Source: an uncultured Gemmatimonadales bacterium (GTDB taxonomy: Bacteria > Gemmatimonadota > Gemmatimonadetes > Gemmatimonadales > Gemmatimonadaceae). Taken from it: a stretch of DNA of 64,000 nucleotides. Each line of letters begins with the position of its first letter. The stretch's first letter is position 1. Made by a program: the position numbers and the translations under genes. The DNA lies in assembly GCA_963793305.1 (NCBI GenBank), contig CAWBZV010000010.1, positions 64,001 to 128,000 of the forward strand, read 5' to 3'. Below are positions 40,590 to 50,868 of this stretch, piece by piece. Under the pieces are notes generated by a model that worked only from the letters and a program-made list of their open reading frames with translations, did not search any database and had not been told where the DNA came from.

Positions 40590-41123
40590 TCAGCGGACGC
40601 TGACGCCGATCTGGACCGGAATCAGTTGGAGCACCGTGCCACTGTGCACGAGTCCCATGTATTGAATCGCCAGCACTCCACCCACGCGACCACCGTACCG
40701 GAGACCGGTTCCCGCCAGCATAGCGACGCCGAAATGGGACGCGTTCGGCAGAATGCGCGTGTCCACGGCCGAACCGGTGGCCCAGGATTGACCCAGGCCG
40801 AGGGCCACGTACGTCTCGAGCTTCGACGCGATCGGGACGACGCGCGTGACCGTGATGGCGGTAACGGAGATCGACGCGTGCTGGTCGCCGGCGGTCGAGA
40901 ACGTCGTATACGACTGGCCGATCTCGAAGGACGTCCGCGATCGACCGCTGTGAAACGCGAGCCCGACATATACGGTCGGCGCGACCCGCGTCTCAGCGGC
41001 CAAGGGCCCCGCGGGCGCCGCGACACCGGCCGTGGCGACGAACAACGGATGGATCCCAGTCGAATCCTGGGCCCGAACGCTGGCCGCCACGAGGAGGCCG
41101 AGTGCCATGAGTGCATATCTCAT
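40590..41123 (-). CDS. Small outer-membrane beta-barrel-like protein
   Basis: Signal peptide (..VRA/Q), alternating beta strands, C-terminal IPVQIGVSVR. Confidence 0.65.
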   Translation of the reverse strand: MRYALMALGLLVAASVRAQDSTGIHPLFVATAGVAAPAGPLAAETRVAPTVYVGLAFHSGRSRTSFEIGQSYTTFSTAGDQHASISVTAITVTRVVPIASKLETYVALGLGQSWATGSAVDTRILPNASHFGVAMLAGTGLRYGGRVGGVLAIQYMGLVHSGTVLQLIPVQIGVSVR

Positions 41124-41156
41124 GGTTCCAACTTGTGTTGGGGCCGCTGCGGCTAG

Positions 41157-41197
41157 AGCCGGCGATCCCCCGACACGACGTGCGGCAATACCCGACG
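41157..41197. promoter_or_regulatory. Two tandem 19-bp operators, 22-bp spacing
   Basis: A-GCCGGC-GATCC-CCCGAC-A (41157) and C-GTGCGG-CAATA-CCCGAC-G (41179). Confidence 0.6.
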
Positions 41198-41251
41198 CCA
41201 TCAGGTTGCGGCGCGCGTCATCCTCAAGACACGTCTCTAGAGGAGGTTCCG

Positions 41252-41728
41252 ATGTCGCGCGATCGCCAGTTGCATGAGCAAGTCCTCGTCGCCGTGTGCC
41301 GCGTGCTCGGACCCGGCATCGCCAGTGTGAACACGCAAGTCGACAATGGCATTGTCCAGGTGAGTGGCGTCGTCGATACGCCCAACGAGCGCACCGCGGT
41401 CGAGCGGGCCATCTGGAGCGTGCCCGACGTGCGGGCGATCACCCAGCGCCTGCGGTCGCGTCGATCGTATCCGGAGGGGCCGACCGATCGGACGCTCGCC
41501 AGCGACGTGTTGGCGTTGCTCGCGCGCGAGGGCTACCAAGGGCTCCGCGTCCAAGTCGAGGAGGGCAAGGTGACGGTGCTCGGGCGGGTGGGCTTTGGGA
41601 CTGAGCGCGCGGCTCTCAGCGCGGCCGTCGCTACCGTGCCGGGTGTGCGGGGCGTATGGTTGGATGATGCCATGGAAGCCCCAGTGTCACCATCGCTCGC
41701 GTCGCGTATTCGCTCAATCTGGAGTTAG
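41252..41728 (+). CDS. Double BON-domain protein
   Basis: GIVQVSGVV...VPDVRAI and GKVTVLGRV...VPGVRGV; GGAGG RBS. Confidence 0.85.
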   Translation: MSRDRQLHEQVLVAVCRVLGPGIASVNTQVDNGIVQVSGVVDTPNERTAVERAIWSVPDVRAITQRLRSRRSYPEGPTDRTLASDVLALLAREGYQGLRVQVEEGKVTVLGRVGFGTERAALSAAVATVPGVRGVWLDDAMEAPVSPSLASRIRSIWS

Positions 41729-42143
41729 GCGAGCGCTGACGCTGGCCGCACTCGTGATCGGTTGTGGCCACGCGTATACGCCGAGAACGCGCGAGTTCAC
41801 GATCACGACCGTGCCGCTGCTTGTCACAGAGCTCGCGCCGACTTACCCGTTTCTGGCCAAGGACTTCGCGAAAGGCGGCGTCCTCGACGGGAAGGAAGTG
41901 TACGCGTTCGAGCCGAGCACGCTCACGGTCTACGCAGGCGACACGCTGGCGCTGACGTTCATCAACCCCGAGGACGACGCGCACTCGTTCGTCCTGAGCG
42001 ATTTTGCCCTGAGCTTGCCGGGCCAATCGGTTACCCATGCGACCTACGTTGCGAAAGAGCCGGGGCTGTACCCGTTTCGGTGCGCGATTCCGTCGCACCT
42101 GCCGTCGATGGTTGGCGAACTCGTCGTGCTCTCCGTCCGGTAA
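41724..42143 (+). CDS. Cupredoxin-domain lipoprotein (start codon uncertain)
   Basis: VIG/C lipobox-like, AFEPSTLTV..GD, DAHSF, FRCAIPSHLPSM. Confidence 0.75.
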   Translation, partial: VRRALTLAALVIGCGHAYTPRTREFTITTVPLLVTELAPTYPFLAKDFAKGGVLDGKEVYAFEPSTLTVYAGDTLALTFINPEDDAHSFVLSDFALSLPGQSVTHATYVAKEPGLYPFRCAIPSHLPSMVGELVVLSVR

Positions 42144-42243
42144 TCCCTCACAGAATTCAAGGCTTCGCCCGACTCTAGCTCCTCGTCGCGTCGCGCACCT
42201 TGCAGTCGACGCTCGATCAATCCCTTCTGACGAGGATATCGCG

Positions 42244-43170
42244 ATGCCCGCAGCCGAACTGCTCATCTCCACCAAGCCCGTGGCGGCCGGCCAGTTGCCG
42301 CTTGCTGACGGCGTCCTGTTGGCCACCCAAGGCGGCTCTGGCTCCGACCCGGCCGCGCGACTGGCGCATTGTTCTCCACCCGGCGCCAGGTTCCCATCGA
42401 GGCGTTGACCGTCCTCGAGCCGTTCACCTCAGAAGTTCTGGCGTACGCTCCGAGTACCTACGACCTCGACCGGCAACGTCGCGAGGGCGTGACCGAGGCC
42501 GTTCAAGCACAGCTCCGCCGCACGGCTAACGCTGAGAACGTCCCTCTGGTCATCGAGGAAGGCCTCGCGGCGGACTGCATCGCCGGCCGGGCCAAGGCGC
42601 GTGGCGCCGCGCTCATCGCAATGGGTATCGGCCGCCACGACCCCATCGATCGACTGCTGGGCGTCGAACCCGCCATCGCCGTGTTGCACCGGACGTCGGT
42701 GCCGGTTCTCGCCGCTTCCCCGGGTAGCCGGCCGGTGTTGCGCTCGATCGTCATCGCGACGGATTTCAGCCCGGCGGCACTGCGTGCGGCTCGACTCGCT
42801 TTGGTGTTCGCCGCCGATGATGTCACCGTGCACATCGTGCATGCGTGGCCGTGGATGGATCTGGGCGGTTCTGGTGCGCCGACGTGGTTCCACGTCTACG
42901 AAGCCGGCGTCCAGGCATTGGCTGACGAGAATGGTTCGCTCGCTCCCGCTCCCACCGCACGCGAAAGTCGTGACGCATCTCGGGCACGGCGAGGCCGAAA
43001 AGGTCGTCCTCGAAGTCGCGAATGCGAATTGGGCCGACTTGATCGCGCTCGGCAGTCACGGTCGCGGCCTGTTCGATCGACTGACGCTCGGCAGCGTCGC
43101 CGAAGGCGTGCTACGGAAGGCGCAGTGCTCCGTGCTGATCGCGCCGCCGACACCGACGGAGAAGGAGTAG
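42244..43170 (+). CDS. Universal stress protein; frameshifts near 42369 and 42920
   Basis: Three reading frames join into a paralog of 39728-40570 (shared WPWMDLGGS.AP.W.HVY.AGVQA). Confidence 0.8.
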
Positions 43171-43181
43171 AGGAGGCCACG

Positions 43182-43970
43182 ATGATCACCAACGGCCACA
43201 TTGACCCGTGCGATGGACGAGCCGGCGTGCTGATCGCGACAAACGCCGGCCCCGCCTCGGTCGTGACAATGCGAATGGGACTGGCGCTCGCCGAGCAATG
43301 GCGAGTGCCAGCCACCGTGGTGACGGTGGCGCCATCCGACGTTGTCAAAATCAAAGAACGTCTGGCGTTCCTCGCTGGCGAAGAACACGAGATCCCAGTC
43401 TACGAGATTCGCGGAGCCATCGGCCCGGCCATAGCGGCCGCCGCCGAGCAGTGGGGCGCGGCATTGGTCGTCGTCGGCTTCGGCACGGGAGATCACCGAC
43501 TGGCCACGGACATCGTGCGGCATGCGCGTCGCTCTGTGCTCGTCGTGTCGCCTTCCGAGCTGGGGTCGATCGGACGGGTGATGCTCACCGCCGATTTCGG
43601 CGGGTCGACCATCGAAGCCGATCAGTGCGCGCTCTCGCTCCTCGAGTCGGACGGGCAGGCGGAGCTCATTCACGTCACGCCCGCGCTCCAGCTCGCGCCC
43701 GATATCTATCAGGTCTGGCGCCGGACGTACGACAACGCGGTCACCGAGCTGCTCGATCAGACGCGCGCCGCGCTCCCGCATCGCCCGGGGTCGTCGATAC
43801 CGAGTCGGGTCGCGGTTGGCGACGCCGCGCGCGTGCTCCTCGACATCGCCCGTCGCGAGCGCGTCGACCTCATCGCGCTCGGCCGGCACGCGCGGCCGAA
43901 CGCGAGTCTGGGTCCCGTGCTCGAATCGGTGCTGCAGCAGGCCCCGTGTTCGGTGCTGGTGGCGCCATGA
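43182..43970 (+). CDS. Universal stress protein (tandem USP)
   Basis: LIATN, TADFG, DLIALGRH...LGPVLESVL...CSVLVAP; GGAGG RBS. Confidence 0.85.
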   Translation: MITNGHIDPCDGRAGVLIATNAGPASVVTMRMGLALAEQWRVPATVVTVAPSDVVKIKERLAFLAGEEHEIPVYEIRGAIGPAIAAAAEQWGAALVVVGFGTGDHRLATDIVRHARRSVLVVSPSELGSIGRVMLTADFGGSTIEADQCALSLLESDGQAELIHVTPALQLAPDIYQVWRRTYDNAVTELLDQTRAALPHRPGSSIPSRVAVGDAARVLLDIARRERVDLIALGRHARPNASLGPVLESVLQQAPCSVLVAP

Positions 43971-46331
43971 TGCGTTGGATCCGTTGGTTAGGCAACGTCG
44001 GCCTGGCCGACGTGCCGCTCGTCGGCGGCAAGAACGCGTCCTTGGGCGAGATGCGCCGCAGCTTCAGCGCGCTCGGGGTCCCGGTGCCCGATGGCTTTGC
44101 CGTTACCGCGGAGGCGTTTCGATACTTCTTGCAAGCGAACGCGTTGACCGACCGCATCGCGGCGACGCTCGCCGACCGCAATACCGCATTGGACGCGGTG
44201 AGTCGGTCTGTACGAGCCATGGTCACGGCGGGCACACTGCCGCCCGATCTCGCGGACGAAATCCGGCAGGCCTATCGTCAGTTGGGCGGCGGCGAGGTGG
44301 CAGTCCGCTCGTCAGCGACCGCGGAGGATCTCCCGGGCGCGAGCTTCGCCGGCGCCCACGAGACGTTCCTCAATGTCAGTGGCGAGCCGGACGTCCTGGA
44401 CCGGGTGCGGGCGTGCTTTGCCAGCCTCTATACCGCGCGCGCGATCCGGTATCGCGACGATATGCGTATTGACCAGCACTCGGTCAGCCTGTCCGTCGGC
44501 GTGCAGCGAATGCTGAGGAGCGACGGGGCCGTCTCCGGTGTGATGTTCACGCTCGACACCGAGACCGGGTTTCGCGATGTCGTGCAGATCGACGCGATCT
44601 ACGGCCTTGGCGAGAACATCGTGCAAGGACGCGTCGGCCCCGATGAATACTATGTCCACAAGCCCACGCTCCGAACGGGTCACCGCTCGGTCCTGTGGCG
44701 TAAAGTTGGAACGAAGGAGCAACGTCTCGTGTTCGACCGCGCGACCGGTCGGCACGACGACCAGCTGGTCACCCCGGACGATCGCGGGCGACTGTGCCTG
44801 AGCGATGACGAAGTGCTCCAGCTCGCGCGCTGGGCCCTCATTATCGAGGAGCACTATCGGACGCCAATGGACATGGAGTTCGCCAAAGATGGCCCGGACG
44901 GCGGACTGTACATCGTCCAGGCACGACCCGAGACGGTCCATAGCGCGAAGCACGGCACATCCGTCACGCTCTATGAGCTCCTGCAGCATGGACCGGTGAT
45001 GGTCGAAGGCCTGGCGGTCGGTGAGCAGGTCGCCACCGGCACCGTGCGGGTGATCGCCGACCCGGCCGAGAAGGCGACCTTCCAGACCGGCGAGATCTTG
45101 GTCACCGAAGCCACCGATCCGGACTGGGAGCCCGTCTTGAAGCGCGCGAGCGCGATCGTCACGGCACGCGGCGGACGGAACGTCACACGCGGCGATCGTC
45201 GCGCGCGAGTTGGGCATTCCCGCAGTCGTGGGCGCGGAGCACGCAATGACCGCGCTCGCTACAGGGCAACGCGTGACCGTCTCGTGCGCCGAGGGAGAGG
45301 TCGGGCGCGTGTACGACGGCGCCCTCGCCTTCCGCACGGAGGCCATCGATCCCGCCACCCTTCCGGCGACGAAGACCAAGATCCTGCTCAACGTGTCGAA
45401 CCCCGAGAATGCGTTCAAGCTCGGCCTGATGCCTTCGGATGGGGTCGGTCTCGCCCGCATGGAATTTATCTTCGCCGGTTGGGTCAAGGTCCATCCGCTC
45501 GCCTTGACGCGCTTCGATTCCCTCCCCCCGGCAACCCGCGAGCAGGTCGCCGCATTGACGGCCCGGTATCCCGACAAGCGCGAGTACTTCATCGACACGC
45601 TGTCGCAAGGCATCGCGATGCTGGCCGCGGCGTTCTGGCCGAGACCCGTGATTCTTCGGTTCTCGGACTTCAAGACAAACGAATACGCGCATCTCCTCGG
45701 CGGAGCGGGCTTCGAGACGTCGGAAGAGAATCCCATGCTCGGGTGGCGCGGCGCGAGCCGGTACTATCACCCCGACTATAAAGAAGGATTCCTGCTCGAA
45801 GTCGCCGCCGTTCGCCGCGTCCGTGAGATCGTAGGACTGACAAACCTCAAGGTCATGATCCCATTCTGCCGGACACCGGAAGAAGGCGCGAAAGTGCTCG
45901 ATGTCATGCGCGAGGGAGGTCTCGAGCGAGGGCATGACGGGCTGGAGGTCTATGTGATGGCCGAGATCCCATCGAACGTGATCCTCGCCGAGCGCTTCGC
46001 CGAGTTGTTCGACGGTTTCTCGATCGGGTCGAACGACCTGACACAGCTCGTGCTGGGTGTGGATCGGGACTCGACGCGTGTGGCGCCGCTATTCGACGAG
46101 CGCAACGAAGCCGTACGCTGGGCGTGCGCGCACCTGCTGGAAACCGCGCACGCCGCGGGCCGGCCGGTGGGTATCTGTGGACAGGCGCCATCGGACTATC
46201 CGGAATTCGCGGCATTTCTGGTCGAGCACGGCATCGACTCGATCAGCCTCAACGCCGATGCGGTCGTTCGCACACGCCGGCGCATTGCCGAGGTCGAAGA
46301 AGCATCGACCCCAGCGTTGGCGGGCGTGTGA
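43967..46331 (+). CDS. ppsA: Phosphoenolpyruvate synthase; frameshift near 45179
   Basis: VGGKNASLGEM, VAVRSSATAED, QARPETV, restored phospho-His motif GGRTSHAAIVARELG, EENPMLGWRG, SIGSNDLTQ. Confidence 0.95.
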
Positions 46332-47299
46332 AGCGCATTGCCATTGCCACAACCGGCGGCGACGCCCCGGGCATTAACGCGGCGATCCGCGCCGTCGTGC
46401 GCACCGCGATCGACCGCGGATGGGAAGCCTTCGGTGTGCGGCATGGATACGCCGGCCTCGTGAGCGCTGACTTCATCCCGCTGGGACCGCGCGATGTCGG
46501 CGGCATCATCCAGCTGGGCGGGACCATCCTGCACAGCAAGCGGTGGCCGGCGTTCAAGACGCCCGAAGCGCAGGATCAAGCGGTGCTGTCACTCGGTGGC
46601 CGTGATATTGATGCGTTGGTGGTGATCGGCGGCGACGGGTCGCAGGCCGGTGCGCTGGCGCTCGCCGAGCGAGGCGTACACGTCGTCGGGATCGCGTCTA
46701 CGATCGACAACGATCTCTGCGGATCAGACATCACGATTGGGGTCGACACGGCGCTCAACGTCGCCCTGGAGGCGATTGATCGGCTCAAGGTGACGGCATC
46801 GTCCCATGAGCGTGCCTTCTTGGTCGAGGTCATGGGACGGGAATGCGGATACCTCGCGCTCATGGCCGGCATCGCCGGCGGCGCCGAGTGTATCGTCCTG
46901 CCTGGCGTCGAAACCGATCCCGAGGCGATCGCGGCCGACCTGCGCTCGGCGTACTGCCGCGGCAAGGCGCACGCGATCGTCGTCGTGGCGGAAGGCGCGA
47001 CACAGAACGCGGATGCCCTGGCGCAATATTTCGACGATCATCGCGAGCGGCTCGGCTTCGAGCTGCGCGCCACCAAACTCGGCCACGTGCAACGGGGCGG
47101 TGCACCAGGCGCATTCGATCGACTATTGGCGACCCGCATGGGCGCGACGGCGACCGCACTCATCGCCGGCGGCGCCGATGGCGTGCTGGTGGGTTCGATC
47201 GCCGGCGCCATTGTCGGCACGCCACTGCGTGACGTCGTCGGCCGGGTGAAGCCCCTGGACACACAGTTGCTACGACTATCCACAGTCCTGGCGAGGTAA
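46328..47299 (+). CDS. pfkA: ATP-dependent 6-phosphofructokinase
   Basis: GGDAPG.NAA, IGGDGS, TIDND, VEVMGR, LGHVQRGG. Confidence 0.95.
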   Translation: MKRIAIATTGGDAPGINAAIRAVVRTAIDRGWEAFGVRHGYAGLVSADFIPLGPRDVGGIIQLGGTILHSKRWPAFKTPEAQDQAVLSLGGRDIDALVVIGGDGSQAGALALAERGVHVVGIASTIDNDLCGSDITIGVDTALNVALEAIDRLKVTASSHERAFLVEVMGRECGYLALMAGIAGGAECIVLPGVETDPEAIAADLRSAYCRGKAHAIVVVAEGATQNADALAQYFDDHRERLGFELRATKLGHVQRGGAPGAFDRLLATRMGATATALIAGGADGVLVGSIAGAIVGTPLRDVVGRVKPLDTQLLRLSTVLAR

Positions 47300-47303
47300 T
47301 ACT

Positions 47304-47981
47304 ATGACTACGTCATTCTCTACACCCAGCGGCCGTCGCGTCTACCTGCATGATCGATTCGACGCCGGTGTGGCGCTCGGCAAGAAGTTGGCTCAGTACG
47401 CGGACCGCACCGATGTCATTGTGCTCGCCCTTCCGCGGGGTGGCGTACCCGTCGCGGCGGCGGTGGCCGACGCGCTGCACGCGCCGCTCGACGTCTTCCT
47501 CGTGCGGAAGCTCGGGGTGCCGGGCCACGAAGAATTCGCGTTTGGGGCGATGGCTTCGGACGGGGCCATTGTGCTGAACCGCCAGGCCATCGACACCCTT
47601 GGGCTACGTCCGGCGCAGATCCAACAAGTCGTGCGAGAGGAGCAAGAGGAGCTGGTCCGGCGCGAGTACGCGTACCGGGATGATCGGCCATTCCCGCACA
47701 TCAAGGGCAAGACCGTCATCACCGTCGACGACGGGTTGGCGACCGGCTCGACGATGTATGCCGCGGTGATCGCGCTGGCCGAGCTGGCCCCGGCGCGCAT
47801 CGTCGTCGCCGCTCCGGTCGCGTCGCCAGAAGCGATCGAATCACTCCGATCGGTCGCCGATTCGGTCGTGGTGCTGGCAGCGCCCGACCCGTTCCTGGCC
47901 GTCGGCGCGTGGTACGAACACTTCGATCAGGTCAGCGACGACGAGGTCCGCACGCTGCTCACCGGGAGGATGGCGCCATGA
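47304..47981 (+). CDS. Phosphoribosyltransferase-family protein
   Basis: LALPRGGVPV, VRKLGVPGHEE.A.GA, VDDGLATGST, FDQVSDDEV. Confidence 0.92.
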   Translation: MTTSFSTPSGRRVYLHDRFDAGVALGKKLAQYADRTDVIVLALPRGGVPVAAAVADALHAPLDVFLVRKLGVPGHEEFAFGAMASDGAIVLNRQAIDTLGLRPAQIQQVVREEQEELVRREYAYRDDRPFPHIKGKTVITVDDGLATGSTMYAAVIALAELAPARIVVAAPVASPEAIESLRSVADSVVVLAAPDPFLAVGAWYEHFDQVSDDEVRTLLTGRMAP

Positions 47982-49306
47982 GCGCGACCACGGTTCGCGG
48001 CTTGGTACAGTCGGTCACCGACAGCGCCGCGGAGTTGCATGGCACCGCGGGCGACTTCGATCTCGTGCTCGATATCGTGTCCGACGCCAGCGTCGTCCTG
48101 ATCGGCGAGGCGTCGCACGGGACGCACGAGTTTTACCGGATTCGGGCCGAGATCACGAAGCGTTTGATCCGGGATCGGGGATTCGTCGCTGTGGCGGCCG
48201 AGGCCGACTGGCCCGACGCCTATCGCATCAATCGATACGTGCGGGGCACCGACGATGACGGGGACGCGACTGAGGCGCTTGGTGGATTTCGCCGATTCCC
48301 GCAATGGATGTGGCGGAACGCGGACGTGCTCGACTTCGTGGGCTGGCTGCGCCAGTACGATGATGAGCGAGCACACGCGGCGCCGGTCGGCTTTTATGGA
48401 CTCGACCTTTATAGCCTGCACGCGTCGATCGACGCGGTGCTCACCTACCTGCGCGTGGTCGACCCAGAGGCGGCCAGGCGTGCGGCGCAGCGGTACGCGT
48501 GCTTCGATCACGCAGGCTCCGAGCCGGCCGAATACGGCTACGCGGCGACGATGGGACTCACCCCTTCGTGCGAGAACGCGGTCGTGCAGCAACTGGTCGA
48601 GCTTCGACGCTCGGCCGGCGTCTACGCCTCGCGCGACGGCCGCATTGCGAAGGATGATCTCTTCTACGCGGAGCAGAACGCCCGGCTCGTCAAGAACGCC
48701 GAGGCGTACTATCGCGCGATGGTGCGCGACCACGTCGGCTCGTGGAATCTCCGCGATGGTCACATGGCCGAGACATTGGAGGTGCTACGCGGACACACGA
48801 AGGGCAAGATCGTCGTGTGGGCGCACAACTCCCACGTGGGCGACGCCAGGGCCACCGGGATGGGCGAATTGGGCGAGTTGAACATTGGACAGCTGGCGCG
48901 GCAGCGCTACGGCGACGGCGCGAGGTCGATCGGCTTCACGACGTACACCGGCACGGTGACCGCGGCCTCCGATTGGGACGCGGACGCCGAGCGGAAACGC
49001 GTGCGCCCCGCCCTGCCGGAGAGTTACGAGGCCTTGTTCCACGCGACGGGCATACCCACGTTCGCGCTGGATCTGCGTTCGGGAGCGAGCGCCGCACAGG
49101 TGCTGGAGCGGCGGCGGCTCGAGCGGGCGATCGGCGTGATCTACCGCCCCGAAACGGAGCGGCAGAGCCATTACTTCGTGGCGTCGTTACCGCGGCAGTT
49201 CGACGCCGTGCTGCACTACGACACGACGCGCGCGGTCGAACCGCTCGAGCGGACGGGGCGCTGGGAGCACGGCGAGATTCCGGAGACGTATCCTTCGGCC
49301 TTGTGA
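47978..49306 (+). CDS. Erythromycin-esterase-family (EreA-like) protein
   Basis: IGEASHGTHEFY, EADWPD, FYGLDLYS, WNLRD.HM, VWAHNSH. Confidence 0.92.
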   Translation: MSATTVRGLVQSVTDSAAELHGTAGDFDLVLDIVSDASVVLIGEASHGTHEFYRIRAEITKRLIRDRGFVAVAAEADWPDAYRINRYVRGTDDDGDATEALGGFRRFPQWMWRNADVLDFVGWLRQYDDERAHAAPVGFYGLDLYSLHASIDAVLTYLRVVDPEAARRAAQRYACFDHAGSEPAEYGYAATMGLTPSCENAVVQQLVELRRSAGVYASRDGRIAKDDLFYAEQNARLVKNAEAYYRAMVRDHVGSWNLRDGHMAETLEVLRGHTKGKIVVWAHNSHVGDARATGMGELGELNIGQLARQRYGDGARSIGFTTYTGTVTAASDWDADAERKRVRPALPESYEALFHATGIPTFALDLRSGASAAQVLERRRLERAIGVIYRPETERQSHYFVASLPRQFDAVLHYDTTRAVEPLERTGRWEHGEIPETYPSAL

Positions 49307-49314
49307 CGAGGCCC

Positions 49315-50130
49315 TCACGCCACCGGCACGACGAGAACGGACGTGGTCGCGAGTCGGATGACCTTGGAGGCGACGCTGCCGAGCAGCAGTCGCTTCCACA
49401 GGCCATATCCATGGCTCCCGAGCGCGATCACATCCGCGCCGATACGTCCGGCATGATCGAGCAGCGCGGTCGCGGGTGAACCCGCCAGCTCAGCGGTGCT
49501 CCTCACCACGCCAGGAGCGAGCACCAGGTCTCGTGTCAGTCCGTCGAGTTGATCTCGGGCCGGCGGCGGCGCAACGTGGGCCAGATGCAATTCGTCGCCG
49601 GTGCGCAACCATCCGGCAACGACCTGTGCAGCGCGCAGACTGGTCGGGCTGAAATCGATTGCGGCGAGCGCCCGACGCGGTATCGCGGTGGCGTCCGGCG
49701 GAACCGCGAGCACGGGCGTGCTGGCGTCTTGCGCGAGGCGGAGGGCCGTCTCGCCGCCGAGCGCCCGCGCGGTCAGGTCATGAGGCCCGAGACCGGTGAC
49801 AATAAGGTCAGCGCCGGCGGCCCGTGCGGCCGTGACTGTCTCCCATACGATGAAGCCGGAGCGCACCGCCGGCGTCACGTTCGTGACCTGGCACCGTCTG
49901 AGTTGCTCGACAACCGCATCCAGGAGTGCCCCGCGCACCTGCTCTTCCTCGGCCGGTGTGGTGATGTACGGCCTCATCACGCCGACATCGACCATCGACG
50001 GAGGCTCGTAGATGACGAGCGCGTGAGCCGCGAGGCCCAACCGTTCCGCGAGGCGCGATCCGACGCGAATCGCGCCATCCGCCCCAATGCCCCCATGGGT
50101 GGCGATCAGAATGCCTGGCATATCGTGCAT
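49315..50130 (-). CDS. Universal stress protein (tandem USP)
   Basis: LIATHG, LGGETA, AIDFS, IALGSHG...LGSVASKV. Confidence 0.9.
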   Translation of the reverse strand: MHDMPGILIATHGGIGADGAIRVGSRLAERLGLAAHALVIYEPPSMVDVGVMRPYITTPAEEEQVRGALLDAVVEQLRRCQVTNVTPAVRSGFIVWETVTAARAAGADLIVTGLGPHDLTARALGGETALRLAQDASTPVLAVPPDATAIPRRALAAIDFSPTSLRAAQVVAGWLRTGDELHLAHVAPPPARDQLDGLTRDLVLAPGVVRSTAELAGSPATALLDHAGRIGADVIALGSHGYGLWKRLLLGSVASKVIRLATTSVLVVPVA

Positions 50131-50660
50131 GAGGATATAACCACAGGCCCTGGCCACGGCTCCCCGGTCGGGTAGCCCGGGAAATCGTGCATGATCCGGT
50201 GGACCAGCTGGCCGAGGGCGGCCGCTGAGTCGACGGGATCGTCGGGGAGGTCGGCCGTGCCGATGCCGCGCCACTCGAGACGGGTGCCGTCGCGATCGAG
50301 GATGTCGATGGTGACGGTGCCGCGCGCGGACACGATCACCTGGCGCTCCGCCCACCATCCCCACGGCTGTCCCATGAAATCCTCGACCCGATCATCGGTG
50401 TGCACGGAGGGACGCGAAGTGCCTGTGATATAGTATGCGATCGAGAGATCGGCCGTTGGGCTCGCTGCTCGATAGCCGCGCTCCTCGAGCGCTGCAGCGA
50501 TCTCGATGCGCACCGTGCGATTCACGACTGGCACGGGGAGGAAGCGGAACGTGCGATCGCGCGTAAACGTCGCGTTAGGCGTCGTGGCAGTCCGCACTGA
50601 GATGTCCGGTGCGCACGCCAATGCCATGGCCATGGCGGCGGCAACCATGAGATGTCTCAC
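50106..50660 (-). CDS. DUF4136-like lipoprotein
   Basis: Lipobox ALA/C, FTRDRTFRF, ADL.IAY, GTVTIDILD....LEWRG. Confidence 0.7.
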   Translation of the reverse strand: MRHLMVAAAMAMALACAPDISVRTATTPNATFTRDRTFRFLPVPVVNRTVRIEIAAALEERGYRAASPTADLSIAYYITGTSRPSVHTDDRVEDFMGQPWGWWAERQVIVSARGTVTIDILDRDGTRLEWRGIGTADLPDDPVDSAAALGQLVHRIMHDFPGYPTGEPWPGPVVISSCTICQAF

Positions 50661-50816
50661 CGAATCCGCCGTGGTTGCGCGTGGTGCATCACGTTGCCGA
50701 CAACCATTCCCAGCACGAGGTCGGCTGCCATGAACCTGAGTCCAACGAGAAGAATCGACATGGGCAGATGATGGTGGTGAGGCGTCGCAGGAGGAGTCAG
50801 CCGCACCCTCGCGTCG

Positions 50817-50835
50817 TGTCAGGGGATCACTGACA
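50817..50835. promoter_or_regulatory. 19-bp palindromic operator
   Basis: T-GTCAGG-GGATC-ACTGAC-A between the divergent lipoprotein/USP genes and macAB-like genes. Confidence 0.75.
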
Positions 50836-50868
50836 AGTGCCGCCTGAACGCGCGCCATTGTTCAGGGC

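Noticed and set aside
42369..45781. Apparent large fusion ORFs 42369-43970 and 43208-45781
   Set aside because: Produced by frameshifts and open upstream frames; separate genes with their own starts explain them
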